Assembly (NCBI GenBank): GCA_016748015.1 | Contig: JAAOMT010000201.1 | Span: forward strand, 194,224-258,223 | Length of the DNA stretch: 64,000 bases | Direction: 5' to 3' | Source of the DNA: Geosiphon pyriformis uo1 | Lineage: Eukaryota; Fungi; Glomeromycota | In this document: in pieces, positions 23,312 to 35,988 of the stretch | Layout: each line of letters begins with the position of its first letter | Position numbering within the stretch: position 1 is the first letter of the stretch | The notes under the pieces: model-generated | Database searches by the model: none | Told to the model about the DNA's origin: nothing | Seen by the model: the letters and a program-made list of their open reading frames with translations, nothing else | Translations under genes and position numbers: made by a program

Positions 23312-26300
23312 TTAGATTTGTCTTATTCGTAACAAACTGTCAGCATTTCCATTGTCTTTTCTTTTTTTATAATGTATAATGTAAGTATATAGTGATAGTG
23401 CTATTTTCCATTTTGATTGTCTTTTATCTCCAAATTCCTGTTTATGAAGTGCTGCTAATCCCTTGTGGTCTGTGTATACATCAAACTTTTGGCTCAAATA
23501 TTCACTCTATTTTATGACTGCCCAATAAATTGCTAAATGTTCTAATTCTGGTGTTCCATAATTTCTTTCAGCTGGAGTTAAACCTCAGCTGGCATATATG
23601 ACTAGATGTTTTTTTCTATCTGGTCTTCTCTGTGATAGTACTGCTCCCAATGTTTGGCCTGATGCATTGGTGGTAATGATAAATGGTTTATTGTGATCTT
23701 GATAGATCAGTATTGGAGCTTGTATAAGTTTTCTTCTTAGAATATCAAAAGCTTCTTGTTGTGCTTCTGTTCATTCATATTTTACATTCTTGGTTTGGAG
23801 ATGATTGAATGGTTGGGCTATCTTAGAAAAGTTTTTGATGAAATGTCAATAATAGCCTGTGAATTCCAAAAATAACTTTAACTCTGCCACATTGGTTGGT
23901 ATTAGAAAGTTCTTGACTATTTTTATCTTTTCTGAATCCGTTTTGATGACATCTTTGCTTACTATGTGCCTTAAAAAGTTTAATTCTGTTTTGCCAAAGA
24001 AGCACTTATTGGCATTTAATTTTAGCTCTGCTTGTTGTAGCCTTTCAAACACTTGTTGTAGATAATGCAAATAATCATCAAATGTTTTGGAGAACACATT
24101 GGTGTCATCTAAATAAATGACTACTGATTTGCATAACAAGCTGGTATATATTATTTCCATTAGCTGTTGGAATGTGGCTGGTGCATTTGTTAAGCCAAAT
24201 AGCATCACTTTGAATTCAAAATTTCTCTTCTGTGTTGTAAATGCAGTTTTTTCTTTGTCTACTAGATTTATGGCTACTTGTCAATAACCACTATCTAAAT
24301 CCAATGTTGAGAACCATTTGTTTCCCCCAAAAGCATCGAATAATTTCTGAATCCATGAAGTTGGATAGCTGTCTCCACGTGTAACTCCATTAAACTTCCT
24401 GTAGTTCACACAAAAGCAGATTTTCCTATTCTTTTTTCAAACAAGTACTACTGGTGATGACCATGGACTCATTAATGGCTGAATTAGCCCGTTGTTAAGC
24501 ATCTAATTGATTTCTTGACGAATGATCTTATGGCTGGCAGGTGGTACTCTATATGCTTATTGTTTTATTAACATAGCATCTTCAGTTTTAATCTGGTGTT
24601 GAATGATGTCAGTTCTACTGAATTTATTCTTGCTGGCAAAGATATTATTGAACTTGTTGAGCAACATTTTCAACTGCATGCATTGAAGTGGGTCTAAATT
24701 CCCCATGTTCATTTGTTTCAATTGTTCTGGTTGGAGCAAATAACATTTATTTTGTCCATATATTGTTTGTGATGTAATGTCAACATATCCACAAAGCTGT
24801 GGAAAGTCTGGAATAGAGTTTGGTGGTTGGTCTTTTATTTTAGTAGTTAAATGTCCTATAATAATTCTTTCTGGTATCTCTATAACCTTTCTGGTGTTGT
24901 TGTAAATGGGAATTTTGATGCGACTATAGTTTTTGGCTGGTATGTGGAAATTGATGAGTCCAATTTCTCTTGATTCACAATGTGCTGCTTCTGCTTCAAA
25001 AATCTGGTTCTGATCCTTTACTTTCCTTTCTATGACTACCATATACTGGTCATATGGTGAAATGGAAATTGGTTGACCAATGAAGATAATTTCTCCTTTG
25101 TTAATAATCTCTTTTTTCATTATATTAACTGGTATCTATTCTACCTATTGATTCAAATCTCTGTATACCTCTAGCTGTGATCTCTAATTCTTCTCTGTTT
25201 CTTATTGACACTAACTGAGCTATTTTGACCAGAGGCAGGAATATTGCCTGTGCTATCTTTTCATTTGGCTCTATTACATAGGCTTTTTCTAAATTGTTTT
25301 GTAGCATAGCAATAATATTTCTCACATATCTTGCATCAATTATTTCTCCTCTGATGTTGATTCCTCTTTTTGCTAGATTACTCCTAAATGCTAATTGAAT
25401 TATTGTGGTTGCTGGAATTTCCAGTACTATTTTCAGATCAATGCAAGTGCGCGAATGTGGTTCTAATTTAATGGCATCTTTTTTAGGATATCTCAAATCA
25501 AATCTTGCATTAGTATCATGTGCACACTCTGGCATGATATCTTCATTATTGTCACTGAACCACTTTAGCTCTTGCTCCTTGGTGAGGTCAGGGAGACTAT
25601 AAATGTTTTGGAGTTTGGATCTGAGTCTAAATTACTGTTATCTTCATTGCTATATTGAATGGAGCTGGAACTGGTGTTTTTATTGTCATCATTGTTGGAG
25701 TTTAAATCGAGATTGAAAATTGATTCCAATTCCAATGTGCAACTGCTGATTGGTTCTTCTTCTTCTGGGATTGTGTAGATCATGCAGATTGGTGGGTTGT
25801 AAATGAAGTCACACTCATTACAATATAGAAAGTCACATGAGATCAAACAGTGGTCACATAGTTGAGTGTTTAACTGTGCTAGCCGCTGCTTTTGCTCCTC
25901 TCTTGTCAGTGCTAATCTCTGGTAGTGCTCATGGAATTGCTCAGGTTCATCTTCAATGTTGCCAAAGATGTCAAATATTCAGACATACTTAGGTTTAGGT
26001 AATGACAGAGGGTTGTTCTTTATTTCTAGTAGTTCACTGCTTGTCGCATCTTCTGCTTTTGCACTTGCCATTCTCCAGAGTTCATGCTCATTATGTAGAT
26101 ATCCTTCCAATTGTCACAATGCTCATTTCTAGACATCATTGATTGGTGTTTCATGCATACCCAGTCATTGATTAGAATCATATACTGGCAGATTTCATTG
26201 CATGTTCTTCCATGCCCAGAAATGTCATTTCATATTTTTTTGTTCAGAAAAGTCTTTCTACAAGCTAAACATGGGATATTATCCCATTTTCTCACTCATT

Positions 26301-29300
26301 TTGGTCATCCAAAGCATTCTAGAATGCACATTTGACAGTAGAATTTGGTTACTGTTGAATATTCCTTGTTGTCACCACAGCATGTACCCATTAATGACAA
26401 TTTCTTGCCACAATTGATGCATATAAGCTTTGGTTGACAATAGTTAAAGGGTTGTGATAGTGTATATTGATGAGAGGTATAATTGTCAGTTGGTAGTAAC
26501 TCTTTTTCTTTTACTTTTCCTTTTTCTTTGCTGTTCTTTTCCTATTTCTAGCTTGGTGTTGGTTTGCTCTTATCATTGTTAGTCCAGTTCAGGTCATCAG
26601 TTTCCCAAATAAGTTCTTTTCTTTGCTTTCCTTTGGTGTTGTTGTCCCACGAGAGTATTGGTGGCAGTTTATTATAATTGTCATTAGCTCATGAGACTTG
26701 ATAGGCTTCTCAAGTAGGTTTTTTTTCTTCTTTCTCAAACTTGATGAGTGGTACTAGTGTGTTAATAGTCTTAAAGTGACTGCACGTGGCTGGTACACAT
26801 GTATGTTGACTATTTTGGCTGAGTTAGAGCTCTTGCATTGTCCAATCAAGTATGGCATTTACTTTAATGAGCCAGTCATTACCAACTAGTGCTTGGTATT
26901 GAGTGGCTTCCATCACCAAAACTTTGATAGAGACTATGATGCCATTGACTTCAAAAGGGAAGTTGTCAATCTCACCAATAGGAGTTTTGGTTGCTCCATT
27001 GGCTGTGATAATCCTTGCACTGGCAGCTCTGTCAACTCGGTAACCTAATTGATCCATGAGTTGTTTGGTAATGATGCTGCCAGCTGATTCACTATCCAGA
27101 ATCAGTTTGATATACTGACCATTGACTTTGGCATTAGTATACATCATGGTTATTGGTTTGATGTTCAGAGCAGCTCTATTGAACAATAGAACTAATGTAA
27201 TTTCCTCAAGTTCAAATGAAAATATGGCAGCAAGTAATTTGTCTTTGGTGCTGGCGGCCAGTAGAATGTTGTGGGTAAGTGGCTTTTGGTTGGTTTCTTG
27301 TTTACTAAATACAGCATCTTCTGGAGTAACCAAAAGACTTAAGTAGTTCTGGGAACTCAGGTTTTGGTTATACTTAGTTCCTGAACTCCACTGGCATGAT
27401 CCTGATGGTTGATTTGTTGAATTGGAAATCAGTTGGTGAACTACTATTGTTGATCTCCAGTTTTGGGTTATTCTGGATCTGGGGTTTCCAGATGTTATTG
27501 TAGCTGGGTTTTGTGGTGGTGTTTGAATTAATTGTTGTGGTTGATAGACTATTTGTGGCTGTGGTTGATATATTATGAGTGGTTGTAGTTGATATATTTG
27601 AGGTTGATATACCAGTGTTTAATAGATTGGTGGCAGTGTTATTGGCAGGTAAGTAGATTAATATTGATTTTGATTTGAGTAATAATTTGGAGTTGGGAAC
27701 TGGCAATCAGGATTCCAATATTGATTTCCCGATTGTGGGTTACTATAAGCATGGCAATCGGCTCTAAAGTGATCTTGTTTACCACAGTTGTGGCAAATTC
27801 ACATCTTTTGTTGCCACAGTTGATTTGTTGATGATGATAGACACAACTGATTTTGGAAACGATTCGTGTTTCCCTGATTATTACATTGTTAAGAAGACTA
27901 ATAAATTGGGTGATTGTTAGCTAAGTATCCCTCTAATTTCTGATTAATGGAATTACTGAATTGTTTCAGTTTAGAATCCAAGTCAGATAATCAATTCATT
28001 ACTAAATTTACTGCTTAGACATGGTTGGCTTCTAACTCAGCAGCTTCAAAATCTCTAGCATGAGTGACTGTAGTAAGAAGGTCTACCAGATGCATCAGAT
28101 GTACTTATTAGAGTATGCTGCTGTGTAAGCCTCTGATAAACTGATTTAAGATTTGTGGTGCTATAAAGTAATTAGCTTGGATAGCTTGGATTTGGTGCAG
28201 ATTTCTGTGGAAATGTTCTAAGTAGATGGTAACTGCTTTTGTGTCCCCTTATTTTAGGGTGGTAAAAGTACTTGCCAAGTGATTAATGCTGTTATTATCA
28301 CTGAAATATCTTAGGAATTCTGTTTTAAATGCATTAAAATTTTGGGGTTTCTGGGCCAAGCTATGATATCATGAGTTGGCAGTATCCTTTAAGAAATATG
28401 GGATGACTTGCATTGTTCTTGCATCATCCCGATTATTTGCAGTAATGGCTTTGACAACATCATTGATCCATGTCTGAGTGTTGTTCTCTTCGTCAGTGAA
28501 CTTCTTAAGTTTTGCAATTGGTGCAAAAGCCATTGGCATGATCAGTTGTTGTTGTTGTATTGGTGGTTGAAGTGGTTGTTGTGGTTACTGAACCAGTTGT
28601 TAGATAAGTTGCTGTAGTGGTAGCTGTTAAAAGGGTATTTGCTGCTGTTAAATTGGTTCAATAATCAGTTCAATTGGTGGCTGATTGATAACAATATTTG
28701 GAGGTAAGTTTTGTTGATTAATTAAGTCAGGGTTTCAGTCATTTTGATTTGGCAGAGTTTTGATTTCTGGATTTTCTAGATTTTGATCTTGCTGAGTCTA
28801 AAAATTTGGGGTCTTAATATCCAGGTTCTCAGTAATCAGGTTCTGGTAAGTGAATTCTTGATCTTTAGATTCTTCTTCCTCTTTTTCTTCTTGTTCTTTT
28901 TCCAATTTGGTTGGTTTTTATGGATCAGTAATTCCAAAATCTGGTTGAGATGGTGGTGATCAAACTTCTAATGACATTGGTGATCTCAATTTGAATCTCT
29001 CAAAGTACGTGCCATATAGTCCTAATAGATCTTTTTTTTTTGTTTACTTTAAAATGGAAATTATTCAAATGTTGATGTTGTGTTTAATGTAGACGTGTCT
29101 GCTGATGCAATATTGATAACACTTCCAGGAGTATAATGATATGATGGATTTGTAGGTGATTCAATTTTGTGTTTCTTTCAAGTGAGTGGTTGGATCCATT
29201 GAGGTGTTACTGCCAGTGTTTGTAATTTTTCTTTGTCTTTACTGACATAAGTGATTGGATATCTTTGTTGTGTGTGATGTTCAATTTCTTTATTAATTTC

Positions 29301-29555
29301 AGTGATGATGGATGTGAAATTATAATTTGTTGGTAAGCTAGTGTTTTGGATTAATTTATAGTAAAAAGTTTCTTTTGCTGATTTAGTGTTTACTGGTGTT
29401 CCTAACAAATAGGCAATTTTTTTGTTGATGTAGAAATTGAAGACTGATTCTGCTGATATCTGATTGTGGTTCAATCTCAAGTGTTGACAGTAGTGTTGAA
29501 ATAAAGATTTCACAAATCCTAAATGGTTTGCTCCTATACTTTCTAATTCTGCCAC
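23312..29555 (-). pseudogene. pol: Y gag-pol: Gag, zinc knuckle, protease (~26750-27150), Cys-rich domain, dUTPase (25125-25535), RT (YLDD, ~23850-24550), RNase H
   Basis: LILDSESAGS; ARFDLRYP..RSNLA..IIDARY..KIAQAIF..RGIQRF; VIYLDDT; YTDHKGL..NADSL. Confidence 0.92.
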
Positions 29556-29596
29556 TGTTGATTTATTTGTCAATGCTGGTTCTCTATAGGATTATA

Positions 29597-29615
29597 CCTC
29601 ACAGGGAGCACCAAA
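29597..29615 (-). promoter_or_regulatory. Primer-binding site, family Q type
   Basis: TT-TGGTGCTCCCTGTGAGG; similar at 12963-12981, 36711-36729 and 45117-45135. Confidence 0.85.
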
Positions 29616-30535
29616 TGTTACAGGTAATTATTCAGTTGTTGAAATAAATAACAAACCCATAACTTGGTGCTCAAGGCTGGTGTCAATAATGAAAATTTGA
29701 AGGTGTGTTTATCTAAAAATTTTGGTTGAGTTCTTTGTATAATGAACAGAAATTCAGTGGTAATAGTTTTATCTGTAGCTTTCCAAAACTGCAGTTTTGT
29801 CAATTTTTTTCTCAATATGATGGCTGGTGTTTCTCTTGGTAAGCTAATCTTAATTGAGTGTCCTACTCTTATTTCTGGGTTTTTTACCAGTGCTATATTC
29901 TGATGTCAGTACTCCACGCATTAATTCTCAATAGAGTTAGTAATAACAATAATTAAGACAAGAAAATAAAAAAAATAACATAAAGAAATGAGCTAAGGCA
30001 ATGTGCAAGTTAATATTTGTTAATAGCTGTGATCAAAAGCTATTATTTCAATGTGGTTAAGTATCAATTGTTATCAACATGGAGTGTTAATAGAGAAGAG
30101 TGGATTTGAATAGTAAATAATTTATTTATTCAATATTTGTGAATGGGAGATTTCTAACTCCAAGATTTTAATAGAAGGATTCTGCTTTTTCTACTTTTGA
30201 CACTACTGCTATATATACATAATTGATGTTCTATGAAATTGCTCATATTTCCGAATGATGTGCTATGATTTCTTGAACAATGCTCACATTGCTAAGTGAT
30301 GTGCTCTAATTTTTTAACATTGTTCCACATTGCTGAGCAATGTGCCATGTTTTCTGATATTGCTCTATATTGCTGAGCAATGTGCCATGATTTCTGACAT
30401 TGCTCCACATTGTTGAGCAATGTGCCATGATTTTTGACATTGTTTCATATTGCTAAGCAATATGCTCATATGCTAAATACTATTCTTTCATTGGTTTGCT
30501 ATTTTTTTATATCTGTTTTCTTTTTATGAGTAATA
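29616..30535 (-). repeat. 5' LTR of Y
   Basis: Adjacent to PBS; ~38-bp tandem U3 repeats at ~30280-30470. Confidence 0.93.
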
Positions 30536-30539
30536 CCAG

Positions 30540-33500
30540 TAATCACTATCTAAATTCAATATTGAAAACCATTTCTTTCTACCAAAAGTGTCAAATTATT
30601 TTTGGATTCATGGGATCAGATAACTGTCTTCATAAGTAACTCCATTGAGTTTTCTATAATCTACACAAAAGTAGATTTTTCTGTTTTTCTTATGGATTAG
30701 TACTACTGGTAATAACTATAGACTTATAAATAGTTGAATTAACCTGTTGTTTAGTATCTGATTGATTTTCTGTCAAATAATTTCATGGCTGCTTGATAGT
30801 ATCTTGTATGCTCTTTGTTTAATTGACATGGTATCTTCAGTCTTAATCTGATGTTGAATAATGTCAGTCTTGTCAAACTCATTTTTACTCACAAAGATAT
30901 TAGTGAAATTGTTAAGTAACATCTTGATTTGCATCTATTGCAGTAGGTCTAAGTTTCTCAAGTTTATTTGTTCCAATTGTTTTGGTTAGAGCAAATAGCA
31001 TTTATTTTATCCATATATAGCTTGTGATGTAATATCCACATATCCACATAGTTGTAAAAAGTCTGAAATGTGGTTTGGTGATTGGTCTTCAACTTTAGTG
31101 GTTAAATATTTAATGATGATTTTTTTTGGTATTTTGACAATGTCTCCAGTTATGTTGTAGATGGAAATTTTGATATGATGATAGTTCTTGACTGGTATAT
31201 AGAGATTAATAAGTCCAATCTCTCCTAATTTACAAATAGTTGGCTCTGCTTCAAAAATCTGGGCTTGATCCTTCACTTTTTTTTCTATTGTTAACATGTA
31301 CTGGTCATATGGTAGAATGGAAATTGGTTAATGGATGGAGATAATTTCTCCCTTGTCAACAACTTTTTTTTCTATCATATTGACTAGTATGTCTATTTTA
31401 TCTGTGGATCTAAATCTATTTATCCCTCTTGCTGTAATCCTTAATTTTTCTTTATTTCTCACTAAAACTAACTGAGCTACTTTAATCAGAGGCAAGAATA
31501 TTGTTTATGCTATTATTTTGTTTGGTTTTATGATATAAGTCTTCTCTGAGTCATTTTATAGCATTGTAATAATATTTCTTATATATTTTGCATTAATTAT
31601 TTCTTCTTGTATATTGATTTCCTTTTTTGCTAAACTGCTTCTAGATGCTAGTTGAACCATAATGGTTACTAGAATTTCCAGTGCTATTTTGAAATCAATG
31701 CAGGTGTGCAAATATGGTTCTAATTTGATGGCTTTTTTTTCTGAGTATCTTAGATCAAACTCTGTATTAGTATTATACATGCATTTTGGCATAATATCTT
31801 TATTATTATTGCTGAACCACTTAAGTTTCTGCTCCTTAAAAAGATCCAAAAGTGTGATGTATTGTTTGGGGTTTGAATTGGAGTTTGAATCATTATTATT
31901 TTGGTTGTCATATTGAACAGAACTGAAACCATTGTTATTGTTATCATTATTGTCAAAGTTTGAATCAGGATTGAACATTGATTTTGATTCAGATGCACAG
32001 CTGCTGATTGGTTCTTTCTCTTCTGGAATTGTGTAAATTATGTGTGATGATAGATTGTAAATAAAGTCACACTTATTACAATATTGAAAGTCATAGAAAA
32101 TTAAGCAATGTTGATATAGTCGAGTGTTTAATTGCTCTAAATGTTGTTTTTGTTCTTTCCTAATAGGTGCTAATTCTTGATAATATTTATGGAATTGTTC
32201 TGGGTCTATAGGGTCTAAAACAATGTTTGAATTTGGGCACCAATCAAGTTTTATAGGTTCTGATGGATTGTTTTTAATTATTTTTATTTCTTCTGGTAAT
32301 GCTTCTTTAATTTTGGCAAGGACCATATGCCAAATTTTGTTGTCATCATGTAGACAACTGTTCAGATGTTTGACTGTTTATTGCCAAACAGCTTTTATGA
32401 AAGTTTTTTTTCTTATCCAGTCACTGATTAAAATCATATATTGGCATAATTTGTTACAAATTCTTTTTTGTCCAGGAATGTTATTCCATATTTTTTTATT
32501 TAACAAAATCTCTTCACAAATCATACATGGTTTATTGTCTCATTTTCCTTGTCTTTTTGGTCATTCAAACTGTTTGAGAATGCAGGAATGACAATAGAAC
32601 TTTGTTGCCATTGGTCATTTCTCATCATTACCATAGCATATGCTTATTGATGGCAATTTTTTGTCACAGTTAATGCATATTAGCTTTGGTTGACAGTAAT
32701 TTGGCTGATCTTATGTGATAGTAATATATAGAGTATGAATAAAGGTGTTTGTTTGTGATAAGTTATTTTTTATTTCTTTTTCTTTTTTTTTGTTATTCTA
32801 AGAAGATATAAGCAGCAATTTATTATGGTCTTTATTAATCCACAAGACTTGGTAGGTTTTTCAGGTAGGTTTCCTTATTTTTTCTTCAAATTTAATTAGT
32901 AGTTGTGTGGTAGTTGGCTTGAAGTATCTGCAAATTGCTAGTATTTGCATGTGGTGACTATGTTGGCTAAACTAAAGCTCCTATGTAGTCCAGTCGAACA
33001 TTGTATTGGTTTTAGACAGCCAGTCATTACCAATAAGAGCTTAGTATTGGGTGGCTTCCATAATTAAAACCTTGATTGGTACAATAATACCATTGACTTT
33101 GATGAAAAAATTATTGATTTTGTCAATTGGAGTTTTGGTAGCTCTATTAATAGTGATAATTTTGATGCTGGCAGCATGATCAACCCAGCAACCTAATTGG
33201 TCTATGAGTTGTCATATGATAATGCTGTTTGTTGAACTACTGTCTAGGATTAGCTTGATGGCCTGCTTATTAACTTTGGCATTAGTGTACATGACAGTAA
33301 TGAGTTTTGTATTAAGAGCAGCTCCATTAAAAAGAGGGGTTTTAGTTGGTTCCTTAATTTTGAAGGGAAAAATGGCTGTTAATGATTTATTGTTAGTAAT
33401 GGTGGCTGGAAATATGTTGTTGTTGATTGTTTGCTTTAGAGAGGTTTCTAGGTTGTTGATTGAAGTGTCTTCTGAGATAACCAGGAGACTTAGATAGTTC

Positions 33501-35009
33501 TGAAAACTCAGATTTTGGTTGTACCCATTTTCCAAATTTCTGGAATATGATTCTAAGGCATAATTAAATAAATTGAGAATAAATTGATAAATAACCATTG
33601 CTGATCTCCAGTTTTGCTAAATAGTTCTTAGCCTTTGGTTTCTATGTAACATCTGAGTTAGATTTTGTGACAAGATTTAAATTTGTTGAAGTTGATATAT
33701 TACTTGTAACTGTGATTAGTAGATAACTGGTGTTAGAATTTGATAAATTGGGGTTTGGTAAATTGGTTGCTGTGCTACTTGAGTGTAATGTGATTAATAG
33801 TAATCTTGATTTGAATAGTAGTTTAGAGTTTGAAATCTGTGATTAGAGTTTTAATATTGGTTTTCTGATCATAGTTGATTGTGATATGTTTTGCAGTTAA
33901 CTCTGAAATGACTTTGTTTACCACAATTGTAACAAATACACATTTCTTGTTGTCACAGTTGATTGACTAAGGATGGTAGACACATCTGATTTTGAGGCTA
34001 ACTGGAGTTTTCTAAGTTGTCACAATGTTATAGGGGTTAATAAATAGACTGATTGTTGTTAGCTAAGTACTCTTTAATTTTCTGATTAATGGAATCACTG
34101 AATTGTTTTAGCTTAGAGTTCTATTCAGATGACTTATTCATTACTAGATTTATGGCTTTAGGCATGATTGGTTTTGAGTTCAATGGCTTTAAAATCTCTG
34201 ACATTTGTGACTGCGGCTTGAAAATCTGTCAAGTGTAGTGAACATATATGTTGAAGTATGCTACTATGCAGACCATAAATAAATTGGTTCAAGATTTGTG
34301 GCACTGTAAAATAATCAGCTTGTATTGCCTAAATTTGGCATAAGTTTTTGTGTAAACATCCCAAGTAGATAGTGACTGCTTTAGTATCTCCTTGTTTAAT
34401 AGTAATAAAAGTATTGGCCAAGCAATTGATGCTGTTATTGTTGCTAAAATATTTTAGAAACTCAAGCTTAAATGCATTGAAATCTTGGAGTTTGTTTACT
34501 AAGCTTTGGTACCATAAGTTGGCAGTATTCTGGAAAAAATATGGAATAGCTTATAGAGCTTTGTTATCATTCTATCCATTGGCTGTGATGGCTTTTTCTA
34601 TATTATTTGGCCATACTTGTGCATCATCTTTCTTGTCAGTAAATTTTTCTATTTTTGTAATTAGAACATAGGTCATGAGTACAAGGAATTGCTGTTGTAA
34701 TAGCAGTTGTTGAAGTAATTGTTGTGGTTGCTGCTAGAGTTGTATGGACTGTTATAGTGGTTCAGCAATTGGATTAATGGGTGATTAATTAATTATGACT
34801 ATTAGAAATAATTATTGACTAATATTATTGGGGTTAAAATTGTTCTGATTTTGAATATTTGAAGTTTCAATCTCTGGGTTTTTTACAATTAGGTTTTAAT
34901 AGTTGAATTCTTGATTCTCATCTTCCTCTTCTTTTAATTCAGTTACTTTCTAAAGATCAGCTGTTTCAAAATTTGGTTGAAGTGGTAGTGATTGAAATTC
35001 TGATGGCAT
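30540..35009 (-). pseudogene. pol: X gag, protease, Cys-rich domain, dUTPase and RT N-part
   Basis: KLILDSSS; FDLRY..LASRSSLAK (31556-32326); CYNCGKQSHF. Confidence 0.88.
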
Positions 35010-35877
35010 TGTTACTCATAAAAAGGAAAACAGATATAGAAAATAGCAGACCAATAAGCAAATAGTATGTAGCATGTGAGCACATTGCTTAGCAAGATAG
35101 AGCAATATCAGAAAACATGGCTCATTGCTCAGCAATGTGGAGCAATACCAGAAAACATGGCACATTGCTCAGCAATGTAAAGTGATATTAGAAAATTAGG
35201 GCATATTGTGAGCATTGCTTAAGAAATCATAGCACATTACTTGGGAATGTAAGTGATCTCATAGAACATCAATTATGTATATATAGCAGTAGCATTAGAA
35301 GCAGAAAGAGCAGAATCCTTTAGTTAGAAATTTTTCATCCACAAATATTAAATAAATAAATCATTCACCATCCAAATTCACTCTTCACTATCAACACTTT
35401 ATGTTAATAGTAATTAATACTTAACCATACTGGAACAATAGCTCTTGATCATGACTATTGACGGATACTAACTTGCATATTGTCTTGGCTTATTTTTTTA
35501 TTTTTCTTTTATCTTTTTTTCTTGATTTTATTGTTGTATACTAATTGATTAAGGATTAAAATGCTGAGTAATTAACATCACAGATAGCCTGGTAAAAGAC
35601 CCAAAAATAAGAATAAAATTATATATATTAATGAATAGCTTACCAAAAGGGCACAAATGCCAGAATAAACTGGCCACCAAGCTGAAGACAAAAATTGGGA
35701 ACACAACTCACTAACCAACTACATTATTATTGAATTTCTGTCTATTATACAAAGAACTCAACTCTAAAAACCTTTAGATACAACCAACGTATTAGTAATA
35801 CCAGCATTGTCAAGATATTGAACACCAAATTACAGATTTGTTATTTGATTTGAGACCCCAAATAATTATCTGTAACA
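35010..35877 (+). repeat. Family Q solo LTR in gag of X
   Basis: TGTTACTCAT...CTGTAACA; flanks GCAT/ACAT; no PBS or PPT; X gag continues on both sides. Confidence 0.9.
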
Positions 35878-35988
35878 ACATAGTTAATTGTAATTTAAAT
35901 CTTTTAAAGTATTTGCCATATATACCTAATAAGTCAGCTTTTAATTGTTTGCTTTGTAATAGAATTCAAGCTAATGATGTTTTCATAG

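Larger units (their letters stand above)
20393..30535 (-). mobile_element. Full-length family Q element Y (10.1 kb)
   Basis: LTRs 20393-21172 and 29616-30535; TSD CCAG (20389-20392 and 30536-30539); PBS 29597-29615; PPT 21173-21187; all domains present but broken by stops. Confidence 0.95.
17804..35988 (-). mobile_element. Family Q element X, outermost host; fragments 17804-20392, 30540-35009 and 35882-35988; both LTRs outside window
   Basis: Reading frame rejoins across Y (DSDYWQI) and across the solo LTR 35010-35877. Confidence 0.88.
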
